A DNA stretch of 40,123 bases from Pseudolabrys sp. (lineage in GTDB: Bacteria > Pseudomonadota > Alphaproteobacteria > Rhizobiales > Xanthobacteraceae), in assembly GCA_036398395.1 (NCBI GenBank), contig DASWPX010000114.1:1-40123 (forward strand), given 5' to 3'. Position 1 is the first letter of the stretch; each line of letters opens with the position of its first letter. The translations under genes were made by a program, and so were the position numbers. The notes beneath the pieces are model-generated. The model saw only the letters and a program-made list of their open reading frames with translations. It did not search any database and was not told the DNA's origin. Below, in pieces: positions 28,000 through 38,898 of the stretch.

Positions 28000-29493
28000 C
28001 TAGAACCTGGGAATATCCGGGAACGGCAGCTTGCCACCGGAAATATGCATGCGGCCCAGTTCGGCGCAGCGGTGCAGCACCGGAAACACCTTGCCGGGAT
28101 TGAGCAGGCCCCTCTCGTCGAAGGCGCATTTGACGCGCTGCTGGGCGTTGAGATCGATCTCGGAGAACATCACCGGCATCAGATCGCGTTTCTCGACGCC
28201 GACGCCGTGCTCGCCGGTCAACACGCCGCCGACCGCAACACAAAGCTTGAGGATCTCCGCGCCGAAGTCTTCCGCGCGCTCGACCTCGCCGGGCTTGTTG
28301 GAGTCGTAGAGGATCAGCGGATGCAGATTGCCGTCGCCGGCGTGGAACACATTGGCGACGCGTAACCCGTATTTTTCCGACATGACCCGCATCGCCGCCA
28401 GTACCTCCGGCAGCCTGGCGCGCGGAATGGTGCCGTCCATGCAGAAATAATCCGGCGAGATGCGCCCGACCGCCGGGAAGGCCGCCTTGCGGCCGGCCCA
28501 GAATAGCAGCCGCTCGTCTTCGGTCTTGGAGACGCGGCAATTCACCGAGTGGCATTGCTCCGCGATTTGCACGACGCGCTCGATCAAGTGATCCACTTCC
28601 GCCGCCGGACCGTCGAGTTCGACGATCAGCAACGCCTCGACGTCGAGCGGATAACCGGCGTGGACGAATTCCTCCACCGCGTGGATTGCCGGCTTGTCCA
28701 TCATCTCCATACCGCCTGGGATGATACCGGCGGCGATGATCGCCGAGACGCATTCGCCGGCGTCTTCGTTGGTCGGGAAACCGACCAGCACGGCGCGCGC
28801 GCACTCGGCTTTTTGCAGAATGCGCACCGTCACTTCGGTGACGACGCCGAGCAGACCTTCCGAACCGTTGATCAGGCCGAGCAGATCATAGCCCGCGGCG
28901 TCGAGATGCTTGCCGCCCAGCCGCAGCACTTCACCGTTCATCAGCACCAGTTCGCAGCCCAGCACATTGTTGGTGGTCATGCCGTATTTCAGGCAATGCA
29001 CGCCGCCCGAATTCTCCGCCACGTTGCCGCCGATGGTGCAGGCGATCTGTGACGAAGGATCCGGCGCATAATAAAAGCCGGCATGGGCGACCGCGTTGCT
29101 GACCGCCAGATTGGTGACGCCCGGCTCGACAACGGCGACCCTGTTGTCGAAATCGATGTCCTTGATGCGGTTGAACTTGGCCATTCCGAGCAGCACGCCG
29201 TCTTCCAGCGGCAGCGCGCCGCCCGACAGCGAGGTGCCCGCCCCGCGCGGCACCACCTTGATACCTTCGCCGTGGCAATAGCGCAGGACTTCCGAGACCT
29301 GGGCCGTGGTTTCCGGCAGCACCACGACCATCGGGGTCTGGTGGTAGGCGGTCAGACCGTCGGATTCGAACGGTTTCATCTCGCGGCTGGTGGCGATCAC
29401 GCCCTCGCCCGGCACGATGGCGCGCAGCGCCTTCACGATGGCCTCGCGCCTGGCCAGCACCGCGCTATCCGCTTCGGGCATTCTTACCGACAT
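28000..29493 (-). CDS. glcD: glycolate oxidase subunit GlcD
   Basis: PRGAGTSLSGG, PDPSSQ, HAGDGNLHP, GEHGVG; start at MSVRMP. Confidence 0.95.
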   Translation of the reverse strand: MSVRMPEADSAVLARREAIVKALRAIVPGEGVIATSREMKPFESDGLTAYHQTPMVVVLPETTAQVSEVLRYCHGEGIKVVPRGAGTSLSGGALPLEDGVLLGMAKFNRIKDIDFDNRVAVVEPGVTNLAVSNAVAHAGFYYAPDPSSQIACTIGGNVAENSGGVHCLKYGMTTNNVLGCELVLMNGEVLRLGGKHLDAAGYDLLGLINGSEGLLGVVTEVTVRILQKAECARAVLVGFPTNEDAGECVSAIIAAGIIPGGMEMMDKPAIHAVEEFVHAGYPLDVEALLIVELDGPAAEVDHLIERVVQIAEQCHSVNCRVSKTEDERLLFWAGRKAAFPAVGRISPDYFCMDGTIPRARLPEVLAAMRVMSEKYGLRVANVFHAGDGNLHPLILYDSNKPGEVERAEDFGAEILKLCVAVGGVLTGEHGVGVEKRDLMPVMFSEIDLNAQQRVKCAFDERGLLNPGKVFPVLHRCAELGRMHISGGKLPFPDIPRF

Positions 29494-29647
29494 TGCCGTA
29501 AATCCTTCGTAATCTTCCGCCGCCACGTTACCAGCCAATTGACGCCTGACACAGTGGGCTGGCAAAGCCATAAAAGCCATAATGGAACGCGTTGGCAGAA
29601 CTTCGGCCTGCGGTGCGGCGTTAACAAAGCAAGATGGGAATAGACAA

Positions 29648-30034
29648 ATGAAATCGACACTGGCGGTCGCGGCATTGATAGTGGCCGGGATGGCGCAAAG
29701 CACACAGGCGCAGGACGCGGCGGCCGGCGAACAGTCGTTCAAAAAATGCCTGCCGTGTCATTCCATCGGCGAAGACGCCAAGAATAAGGTCGGCCCTGAG
29801 TTGAACGGCATCGACGGCCGACATTCCGGCACCGCGCCGGGTTACAATTATTCGGACGCCAACAAGAATTCCGGCATCACCTGGGCCGAGCCGGTTTTCC
29901 TGGAATACATCAAGGACCCGCGTGCCAAGATCCCGGGCACCAAAATGATCTTCCCGGGTATCAAAAACGACAATGAGGCCGCGAATCTTTGGGCCTATCT
30001 CCGGCAGTTCGGCCCGGACGGAAAGAAGAAGTAG
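29648..30034 (+). CDS. cycA: class I cytochrome c (c2/c550)
   Basis: Signal peptide, CLPCH heme motif, KVGPELNG, PGTKMIF. Confidence 0.9.
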   Translation: MKSTLAVAALIVAGMAQSTQAQDAAAGEQSFKKCLPCHSIGEDAKNKVGPELNGIDGRHSGTAPGYNYSDANKNSGITWAEPVFLEYIKDPRAKIPGTKMIFPGIKNDNEAANLWAYLRQFGPDGKKK

Positions 30035-30039
30035 CTTAA

Positions 30040-30053
30040 TTGATATTGGTCAA
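30040..30053 (+). promoter_or_regulatory. FixK/Fnr box
   Basis: TTGAT-ATTG-GTCAA, 68 nt before the USP ATG. Confidence 0.8.
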
Positions 30054-30121
30054 GGCCATACCGGCGACGGCTGGCAGGATCAAAGCTGAAAAGGGCGATA
30101 ACCGACCGGAGAATTACCGTC

Positions 30122-30949
30122 ATGCTGAAGGACATTGTGGTCAATCTCGGGTTGGGCACGCATGACCCCGCCGGCGAATACGCCATCTCCGTGGCGGCCG
30201 CCTTTGAAGCCCACGTGCTCGGCGTTTCTTTTTCCTTCGAGCCGGTAATCCCCGGCATGGTGATGGGCGGCATACCGCCGGAATTCATCGAATCCCAGCG
30301 CACCGAATCCGACAAGCGGGCGCGCGCGGCGGTCGCGCGTTTCGAACATGCCGCAAAACTCGCCGGCGTCTCCGCCGAAACCCGCATTATTTCCGCCAGT
30401 ATTTCCGGCGCCGCCGACGAACTCGGCCGCATCGCTCGGCGCTTCGATCTGGTCGTGGTCGGCCAGCCGGAAGGCGACAAGGCGATACCCGATGAAGTGG
30501 TCGACGAAGGCGTGCTGTTTGAATCCGGCCGCCCGGTGATCTTCGTGCCCTATATCCAGAAGATCGGATTGAAGCTCGACCGCGTCATGGTTTGTTGGGA
30601 CGGCAGCCGCACCGCGACCCGCGCGGTCGCTGATTCCATTCCGCTGCTGCAAAAGGCAAAGGTTGTGGAGATCGTTCTGGTCACGACCAAGGGCTTCAAG
30701 GCCGACGAGGCGCCGGGCGTCGACCTTGCCAAGCATCTGGCCCGTCATGGCCTCGACGTCACGCTCAAGCGCATCACCTCGCCCGACATTGACGTAGCCT
30801 CCACCATTTTGTCTTATGCGGCCGATTCAAGCGCCGACATGATCGTGATGGGCGGCTACGGCCATTCGCGCCTGCGCGAGTTCGTGCTCGGCGGCGTCAC
30901 CCGCAGCATCCTCGAGACGATGACGGTGCCTGCCTTCATGTCGCACTAA
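30122..30949 (+). CDS. universal stress protein (tandem USP)
   Basis: DLVVVGQ, SGRPV, WDGSRTATRA, MGGYGHSRLREFVLGGVT. Confidence 0.95.
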   Translation: MLKDIVVNLGLGTHDPAGEYAISVAAAFEAHVLGVSFSFEPVIPGMVMGGIPPEFIESQRTESDKRARAAVARFEHAAKLAGVSAETRIISASISGAADELGRIARRFDLVVVGQPEGDKAIPDEVVDEGVLFESGRPVIFVPYIQKIGLKLDRVMVCWDGSRTATRAVADSIPLLQKAKVVEIVLVTTKGFKADEAPGVDLAKHLARHGLDVTLKRITSPDIDVASTILSYAADSSADMIVMGGYGHSRLREFVLGGVTRSILETMTVPAFMSH

Positions 30950-30950
30950 G

Positions 30951-31481
30951 ATGCGGCACGAACAGCACATCAAATTGCTCGACGGCGAACGCGTGCTGCT
31001 GCGGCCGCTCGAGCCCGAGGACGCCGCGCTCTACCCGGACTTTCTCACGGAAGTGACGTCGCAGGATTTGCGGCTGCGCTTTTTCGCGGCGCTGCGCGGA
31101 TTGAGTCCGGAGCAAATCGACAAGCTGGTGCATTACGATCCGGCGCGAGCCATGGCCTTCATCGCCATCGAGGAAAAATCCGGCCGCATGCTCGGCGTCG
31201 TGCGGCTGCACGACGACCCCGGCTGTGACAGCGCGGAGTTCGCCATTCTGCTGCGCTCGCAGCTCAAGGGCCGAGGCCTCGGCTGGCTGTTGATGAAACA
31301 CATGATCGCCTGCGCCCAGGACAAGGGGCTCAAAACCGTGCACGGGCAGGTTTTGGCGGAAAACGCCACCATGCTGCTGATGTGCACCGAACTCGGCTTC
31401 CATGTCACCGACGACAAGCTGGAGCGCGGCGTGAAAGTGGTAACCCTGCCGCTCGACGAAGTGCCGGCACTGGCGGATTAA
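30951..31481 (+). CDS. GNAT acetyltransferase (Pat-type GNAT domain, stand-alone)
   Basis: LRPLEPED, LRLRFF, AEFAILLRSQLKGRGLG, VLAENATML. Confidence 0.88.
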   Translation: MRHEQHIKLLDGERVLLRPLEPEDAALYPDFLTEVTSQDLRLRFFAALRGLSPEQIDKLVHYDPARAMAFIAIEEKSGRMLGVVRLHDDPGCDSAEFAILLRSQLKGRGLGWLLMKHMIACAQDKGLKTVHGQVLAENATMLLMCTELGFHVTDDKLERGVKVVTLPLDEVPALAD

Positions 31482-31493
31482 CGAAGTTTGCAA

Positions 31494-32156
31494 TCAGGTT
31501 TGCGCCGGCAACGCCACCTGCGCCACGAGACCGCGTGCACGCGCGTCGACCACGCCGAGCGCACGAAGCGCCAGCAGCGTCGCGCCCTGCACGGCTTCGC
31601 GCGAGCCGGCCACGTCGCCATCGTGCGAAGGCGCCAGCGGCCCGATCAGGCCTTCCATCAGCGCGCCGACGATGGCCGGCGCCGCGACCCGTGCGTCCTG
31701 GTCGGGCAGAAGCTTGCCGGCGATGGCGGTGCGGATGCGCATTTCCAGTTCGGCTGCGAGCGCCTGACGGAAATCGAGCCGCAAACTGTCGACCTCTGCA
31801 TCGACTGGCTCGGCGATGACCGCCCAGGCCAGCCGCCGCGCGTTGAGCGCGCGTGCGGCAAAGGTCGCGATGCTGGCGGCCAGTGCAGACAGGGGCCCCG
31901 GCGCGGCGCCGGCCGCGGCTTTCATGGCGTCGATCTCGCGGGTCGCGACCGCCGTCACCAATTCGGCGATGAGATCGGTCTTAGACGGGAAGTAGCGGTA
32001 GACGGTGCCGGCGGCGATGCGGGCACGCTCGGCAACCGCCGCGATCTGGACCGCCGCCATGCCGCCTTCGGCAGCGATATCGCCCGCGGCATCGAGAACC
32101 GCCTGCGACCGCTCGGCCAGACGGCGAACCACGTTCTCGGTGCGGCGATAGGGCAT
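31494..32156 (-). CDS. TetR/AcrR family regulator
   Basis: MPYRRT start, VAERARIAAGTVYRYFPSK HTH. Confidence 0.93.
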   Translation of the reverse strand: MPYRRTENVVRRLAERSQAVLDAAGDIAAEGGMAAVQIAAVAERARIAAGTVYRYFPSKTDLIAELVTAVATREIDAMKAAAGAAPGPLSALAASIATFAARALNARRLAWAVIAEPVDAEVDSLRLDFRQALAAELEMRIRTAIAGKLLPDQDARVAAPAIVGALMEGLIGPLAPSHDGDVAGSREAVQGATLLALRALGVVDARARGLVAQVALPAQT

Positions 32157-32163
32157 GGAATGA

Positions 32164-32179
32164 GTGAATGGTGATTCAC
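32164..32179. promoter_or_regulatory. candidate TetR operator
   Basis: Palindrome GTGAAT-N4-ATTCAC 7 nt upstream of the tetR ATG. Confidence 0.65.
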
Positions 32180-32205
32180 CCAAACAATGCAAGGCCAAAC
32201 GGCGG

Positions 32206-33906
32206 TCAGCGATGCGTCCCTGACTTGCCGCCGCCGGCAAGCGACTTCTCGCGGATGCCGGAAATCGTCGCGGTCGGAGTGATGGCCTCGGGGTCGATGA
32301 CCAGATGGATGATCGACGGCTTGCCGGATTTTTGCGCGGCGGCAAAAGCCGCCGGAAAATCCGAGGTCTTCTCGACCCGCACACCGAAGCCGCCGAAGGC
32401 CTTGGCGTAATCCAGGAAGTCCGGATTTTTAAGCGCGGTGGCGATCACCCGGCCCGGATAGTCACGCTCCTGGTGCATGCGGATGGTGCCATAAAGGCCG
32501 TTGTCCGCGATGATGACGATCACCGGCAGTTCATATTGGACGGCGGTCATAAAGTCCTGGCCGGTCATCAGGAAATCGCCGTCGCCGGCGATGCAGACCA
32601 CCGCGCGTTCGGGATACAAGGTCTTCATCGCCAGCGCCGCCGGAAATCCATAGCCCATCGAACCGGACGTCGGCCCGACATGGATGGCGAATTTGCGGAA
32701 GCGGTAGAAGCGGTGAATCCAGGCGGCGAAATTGCCGGCGCCATTGGTCAGGAACGAATCGGCCGGCAAATTCTCGCGCAGCCACACCAGAATCTCGCCG
32801 AGATTGACCGCACCCGGCACGGCCGTGGCCTTCTCGGTCCAGGCCAGATAATCGGCATGCGCGATATCGGCCTCGCCCTTCCACGGAATTTCATTGGGCG
32901 GCTGCAACCCCTCCAGCGCCGAACAGAACGCGGTCGGCGCGGCGTTGATCGCCAGATGCGGGTGATAGACGCGGCCGAGTTCCTCGGAGCCCGGATGCAC
33001 ATGCACCAGCTTCATCTGCGGCTCGGGAATGTCGAACAGCGTATAACCCTGCGACGGCATCTCGCTCATGCGGCCGCCGATCAGCAGCACCAGGTCGGCG
33101 CCCTTGACGCGGGCCAGCAGCTTCGGGTTTGGCCCGATGCCGAGATCGCCGGCGTAACAGGGATGCAGCGCGTCGAACAAATGCCCGCGCCGGAAGGTCG
33201 TCATGACCGGCAGCGCGAAGCGTTCGGCAAAACGATGCAGCGCGGCCCACGCTGCTTCCGACCAGCGGCTGCCGCCGGCCAGGACCACCGGACGTTTGGA
33301 CGCCCATAACAATTTCTGCAAACGGCTCATGTCGGTGAGACCGGGCCAGATTTCCACCGCTTCGTAGGCGGAGGCGTCCGGAACCGCCACGCGCTCGGCC
33401 AGCATGTCCTCCGGCAGCGCGATCACCACGGGGCCGGGACGTCCGTTGCAGGCGGTATGGAAGACGCGCGACACCAACTCGGGAATTCGCGCCGGGTCGT
33501 CGATCTCGGTCGCCCATTTGGCGATCGAGCCGAACACCGCGCGGTAGTCGAGCTCCTGGAATGCCTCGCGCTCGCGCATGTGGCGGCCGACCTGGCCGAC
33601 GAAGACGATCATCGGCGAGGAATCCTGACGCGCGATGTGGATGCCGGCGGAGGCATTGGTGGCGCCGGGGCCGCGCGTGACGAAACAGATGCCGGGCTTG
33701 CCGGTTACCTTGCCGACGGCTTCCGCCATCATTGCCGCGGTGCTCTCGTGCCGGCAGACCGTGAGCGCAATGTCGGAATCGTGGAAAGCATCGAGCGCGG
33801 CAAGATAGCTCTCGCCCGGTACGCAAAACGCATGGCGCACGCCGTGAATCGACAACTGGTCGATCAGGACTTCGCCGCCGGTGCGAGTGCCGTCATTGCC
33901 GCGCAT
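32206..33906 (-). CDS. thiamine-pyrophosphate-binding enzyme (acetolactate synthase large-subunit-like)
   Basis: VPGESYL, CRHE, RGPGATN, GSMGYG, GDGDFLM...DN. Confidence 0.9.
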   Translation of the reverse strand: MRGNDGTRTGGEVLIDQLSIHGVRHAFCVPGESYLAALDAFHDSDIALTVCRHESTAAMMAEAVGKVTGKPGICFVTRGPGATNASAGIHIARQDSSPMIVFVGQVGRHMREREAFQELDYRAVFGSIAKWATEIDDPARIPELVSRVFHTACNGRPGPVVIALPEDMLAERVAVPDASAYEAVEIWPGLTDMSRLQKLLWASKRPVVLAGGSRWSEAAWAALHRFAERFALPVMTTFRRGHLFDALHPCYAGDLGIGPNPKLLARVKGADLVLLIGGRMSEMPSQGYTLFDIPEPQMKLVHVHPGSEELGRVYHPHLAINAAPTAFCSALEGLQPPNEIPWKGEADIAHADYLAWTEKATAVPGAVNLGEILVWLRENLPADSFLTNGAGNFAAWIHRFYRFRKFAIHVGPTSGSMGYGFPAALAMKTLYPERAVVCIAGDGDFLMTGQDFMTAVQYELPVIVIIADNGLYGTIRMHQERDYPGRVIATALKNPDFLDYAKAFGGFGVRVEKTSDFPAAFAAAQKSGKPSIIHLVIDPEAITPTATISGIREKSLAGGGKSGTHR

Positions 33907-33931
33907 CGATCATGCTCCGCTGATATGTCGC

Positions 33932-34273
33932 TTAGGGAACGATCTTCGCCTTCGGGATCGGCGGCGACCAGGCGGTCGGGACCATCAGGCAGTTCTTCTG
34001 CTCGATCACGTGACCGGCTTTGGCATTTTCGGCCAGGAAGGTTTTCCAATCCGGATCGGCGGCCATTTTCGTGCGCTTTTGTTCGCGATCGGCGGCGCTC
34101 TCGTAAACCCAGACATGAGTGAAGGTGTTCAAGTCGCCGCTTTCCGCCACCGCGTAGCAGAGCGGTTCGCCCATATAGCGCAGTTGCACCGGATAACCGA
34201 GCCGCTTGTAGAGCTCCAGTTGGGCCGGAACCCGGCCCGGCAGAGTCTTGTAGGTTCGAACATCTAAGAGCAC
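33932..34273 (-). CDS. NIPSNAP family protein
   Basis: DVRTY, HVWVYESAADR, DPDW, PTAWSP; GGAGG RBS with GTG start. Confidence 0.88.
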   Translation of the reverse strand: MLLDVRTYKTLPGRVPAQLELYKRLGYPVQLRYMGEPLCYAVAESGDLNTFTHVWVYESAADREQKRTKMAADPDWKTFLAENAKAGHVIEQKNCLMVPTAWSPPIPKAKIVP

Positions 34274-34469
34274 GTGGCTCCTCCCTCGCATGGACCGTTT
34301 TTGATACGGCGGTGCGCGCACTCTCTTAAGCCGCGGGGTGGCGGTCAATAGACTTAAACCGCATCAAGCCATGCGGCGCGGGCCGCGCTGATCTACCCCA
34401 CGACCCACTGGCCTGGCGGGCCAAACCGTTGCATAGCTGTCCGCAACGCTCGCCCCGCCGGGTCAATCA

Positions 34470-35681
34470 ATGACTAAAGCTGCCACAGGCCGGAAGCTCT
34501 CGACGCGGCAATTCGCCGTGTTTCTCGCCGGCTTTTGCTGCTTCATCAATTTGTACGCACCGCAGGCGGTGCTGCCGCTGCTGTCGGTCGAGTTCGGCGC
34601 AACCGCCGCCCAGGTATCGGTGATCGTCACCGTCAGCACGCTGTGCGTGGCGCTGACCGCGCCTTTCACCGGCACGGTGGCCGACGTGCTGGGCAGGAAG
34701 CGCGTGATCGTGGTGGCGATGTTTGCACTTGTGGTGCCGACCTTGATGGCCGGTCTCGCCGGCAGCCTGCCGCAATTGATTTTCTGGCGCGCCGTTCAGG
34801 GCCTGGTGATGCCGCCGATTTTCGCCGTCACCGTCGCCTATATCGGTGACGAATGGCCGAACAACGAGGCGACCACCGCCGCCGGCATCTACAGTTCGGG
34901 CTCGAGCCTTGGCGGTTTCAGCGGGCGGCTGGTGACCGGCGTGCTCGCCGACCTGATCAGCTGGCGCGCCGGTTTTGACGCGCTCGCGGCCATGACGCTG
35001 GCCGGCGCGGTCGCGGTTGCGTTCCTGCTGCCGCCGGAACGCAAATTCGTGCGCTCGGAAGGCCTGCTGGCGTCCGGGCGGCAGATGCTGGCGCATTTCA
35101 GGAACGGCCAATTGCTCTCGACCTTCGCGGTGGGCTTCGGCGTGCTGTTCTGCTTCATCTGCACCTTCACCTACGTCAGCTTCCACCTCGCAGGCTATCC
35201 TTACAATCTCTCCGCCACCTGGCTCGGCGCGATCTTCGTCGTCTATCTCACCGGTTCGGCGCTCACGCCCTGGACCGGCTGGGCAGTCGGGCGTTTCGGA
35301 CGGCGGCGCTTCGTTGTGCGCGTCATCGGATTATGGATCTGCGGTATTGCGCTGACGCTGCTGCCGTCGCTGCCGCTGATCATTGCCGGGCTTGCGGTCT
35401 GCGCCGCCTGCGGACTGATCTGCCAATCGATCTCGACCAGCTATGTCACGATCACCGCCAAGGCCGGGCGCTCGTCGGCGGTCGGGCTCTACGTGACCAG
35501 CTTCTATCTCGGCGGCAGCTGCGGCGCGGCGCTTGGCGGCATCGCCTGGACGTTCGGCGCGTGGCCCGCCTGCGTCGCACTGATCGCGCTGATGCTGATC
35601 GTCATGGCGGCGATCGTATTCTTCGCCTGGACCCGCCGCGTACCGCCCGCGCCGATGACGACGCCGATCGAACCGGCGTAA
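34470..35681 (+). CDS. MFS transporter (YnfM-like)
   Basis: LYAPQAVLP, ADVLGRK, WRAVQG, GGFSGR, YLGGS. Confidence 0.9.
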   Translation: MTKAATGRKLSTRQFAVFLAGFCCFINLYAPQAVLPLLSVEFGATAAQVSVIVTVSTLCVALTAPFTGTVADVLGRKRVIVVAMFALVVPTLMAGLAGSLPQLIFWRAVQGLVMPPIFAVTVAYIGDEWPNNEATTAAGIYSSGSSLGGFSGRLVTGVLADLISWRAGFDALAAMTLAGAVAVAFLLPPERKFVRSEGLLASGRQMLAHFRNGQLLSTFAVGFGVLFCFICTFTYVSFHLAGYPYNLSATWLGAIFVVYLTGSALTPWTGWAVGRFGRRRFVVRVIGLWICGIALTLLPSLPLIIAGLAVCAACGLICQSISTSYVTITAKAGRSSAVGLYVTSFYLGGSCGAALGGIAWTFGAWPACVALIALMLIVMAAIVFFAWTRRVPPAPMTTPIEPA

Positions 35682-35686
35682 GCCGG

Positions 35687-35998
35687 CTAGAATCCGCCGG
35701 CGCGCACCAAAGCCGCGACCGCGACGCCCGCCAGCATGGCGGCGAAATCGTTGCGCACGACGATCATGGTACCCGCCGCCGCGGCCACCGCGAACCAGGC
35801 GGATACGCCGCCCGTGAGCAAAATCGGCGCCACTGTCGCCGCGATCACCGCGCCGGGCATTGCCTGCAGCATGCGTTCCAGCCGGCGTCCGATTCGCACG
35901 CGGCCGATGAGCCAGAAGCCGCCGGCTCGCGTGGCGTAGACCACAAGCGTCATCGCCGCGAGCAGCGCGAAAAAACCCGGGGGGTCATGGGCGATCAT
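35687..35998 (-). CDS. azlD: AzlD family exporter small subunit
   Basis: YATRAGG, LQAMPGAV; adjacent to azlC. Confidence 0.75.
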   Translation of the reverse strand: MIAHDPPGFFALLAAMTLVVYATRAGGFWLIGRVRIGRRLERMLQAMPGAVIAATVAPILLTGGVSAWFAVAAAAGTMIVVRNDFAAMLAGVAVAALVRAGGF

Positions 35999-36716
35999 CG
36001 GCAAAGCCCCCCGCCACCGAGCCAGAGAGCGCGCCGGCGATCAGATACCACATACCGCCGAACAGATAATCGACCACAACCGCGACGGCGCCACCCACGA
36101 CCCAGCCGGTCGAGGCGCGCGCGCCGTTCCACATCGACACCAGCATGGCGACGAAGAAGGCCGGCATTATCAGATCGAGTCCGAAGGCATGGGGGTCGGC
36201 AATGGACGTCCCAAGCCAATAACCTGCCGCCGTTCCCAACTCCCAGAACAAATAGATCACCGCGCCGCCGCCGAGAAGATAAGCCGGGTCGTTGCCGCCA
36301 TTGGCGCGATAGCGCATCGTCATCAGCCAGTTCGGCTCGACCAGCAGGAAAAGCGTGGGATAGATTTTCGAAGCCGGTTGCGAGCCGAGCCAGGGCCGCA
36401 AGGACGCCCCGATCAACAGTAAACGGCTGGAGATGAGCGTGGTCACCGCGGCAACCGAAGCGATCGCCGGCAGCGTCAGCCGCTCGGGCCAGGATTCCAG
36501 CACCACCAGTTGCGCGACGCCGGCATAGACCGTGCCGCTCATGAGCAAGGCGTCGATGAGGCTGAAGCCCTTGCGCACCGCCACGGTGCCGAACGCCATG
36601 CCGAAGGCGAACAGGCCCGGCATCAAAGGCAGAATGGTCCAGGCGCCCAGGCGAAACCCTTCAAGGGTCCAGCGCGGCGGCGCCTCGGGTTGCCAATTTT
36701 CGGGCTTCCAAGTCAT
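35985..36716 (-). CDS. azlC: AzlC family exporter permease
   Basis: FGMAFG, VYAGVAQL, FGLDLIMPAFF. Confidence 0.85.
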   Translation of the reverse strand: MTWKPENWQPEAPPRWTLEGFRLGAWTILPLMPGLFAFGMAFGTVAVRKGFSLIDALLMSGTVYAGVAQLVVLESWPERLTLPAIASVAAVTTLISSRLLLIGASLRPWLGSQPASKIYPTLFLLVEPNWLMTMRYRANGGNDPAYLLGGGAVIYLFWELGTAAGYWLGTSIADPHAFGLDLIMPAFFVAMLVSMWNGARASTGWVVGGAVAVVVDYLFGGMWYLIAGALSGSVAGGFADDRP

Positions 36717-36760
36717 TGCCGGCAACCGCTAGCGCAGCCCGCCGCTCAAGGAAACACACA

Positions 36761-36790
36761 AAACAAAACGCCCGCCATGCGGCGGGCGTT
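36761..36790 (-). terminator. intrinsic terminator of ftsH
   Basis: 10-bp stem AACGCCCGCC-N4-GGCGGGCGTT plus a minus-strand T-rich tail. Confidence 0.8.
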
Positions 36791-36810
36791 CGTTCGAGTT
36801 TTCAGTGGGC

Positions 36811-38736
<1,926 letters not shown>

Positions 38737-38826
38737 CTAGGCGTCCTTACCCGCCGCGCGCGACCCCGCGGCATTATGTCTTATTGTTATGCCCGAATCC
38801 GAGAAGGCTTTACATCCGATCCAACA

Positions 38827-38855
38827 ATGTAGGCACGGCTTGCCCGCATGGAAAG
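38827..38855 (-). promoter_or_regulatory. candidate RpoH promoter of ftsH
   Basis: Minus strand CTTTCC-N16-CCTACAT versus rhizobial RpoH CTTGAA-N16-CCTATAT. Confidence 0.45.
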
Positions 38856-38898
38856 GCCTCGAATCTCACATATTCTAGCGCGCTTTACGGCGTTTGGC

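Noticed and set aside
29494-29742. N-terminal extensions in the ORF track (glcD from 29742, livG from 17574, tetR from 32384, gtrA from 5742)
   Set aside because: They overlap neighbouring genes and lack family similarity; internal starts fit better
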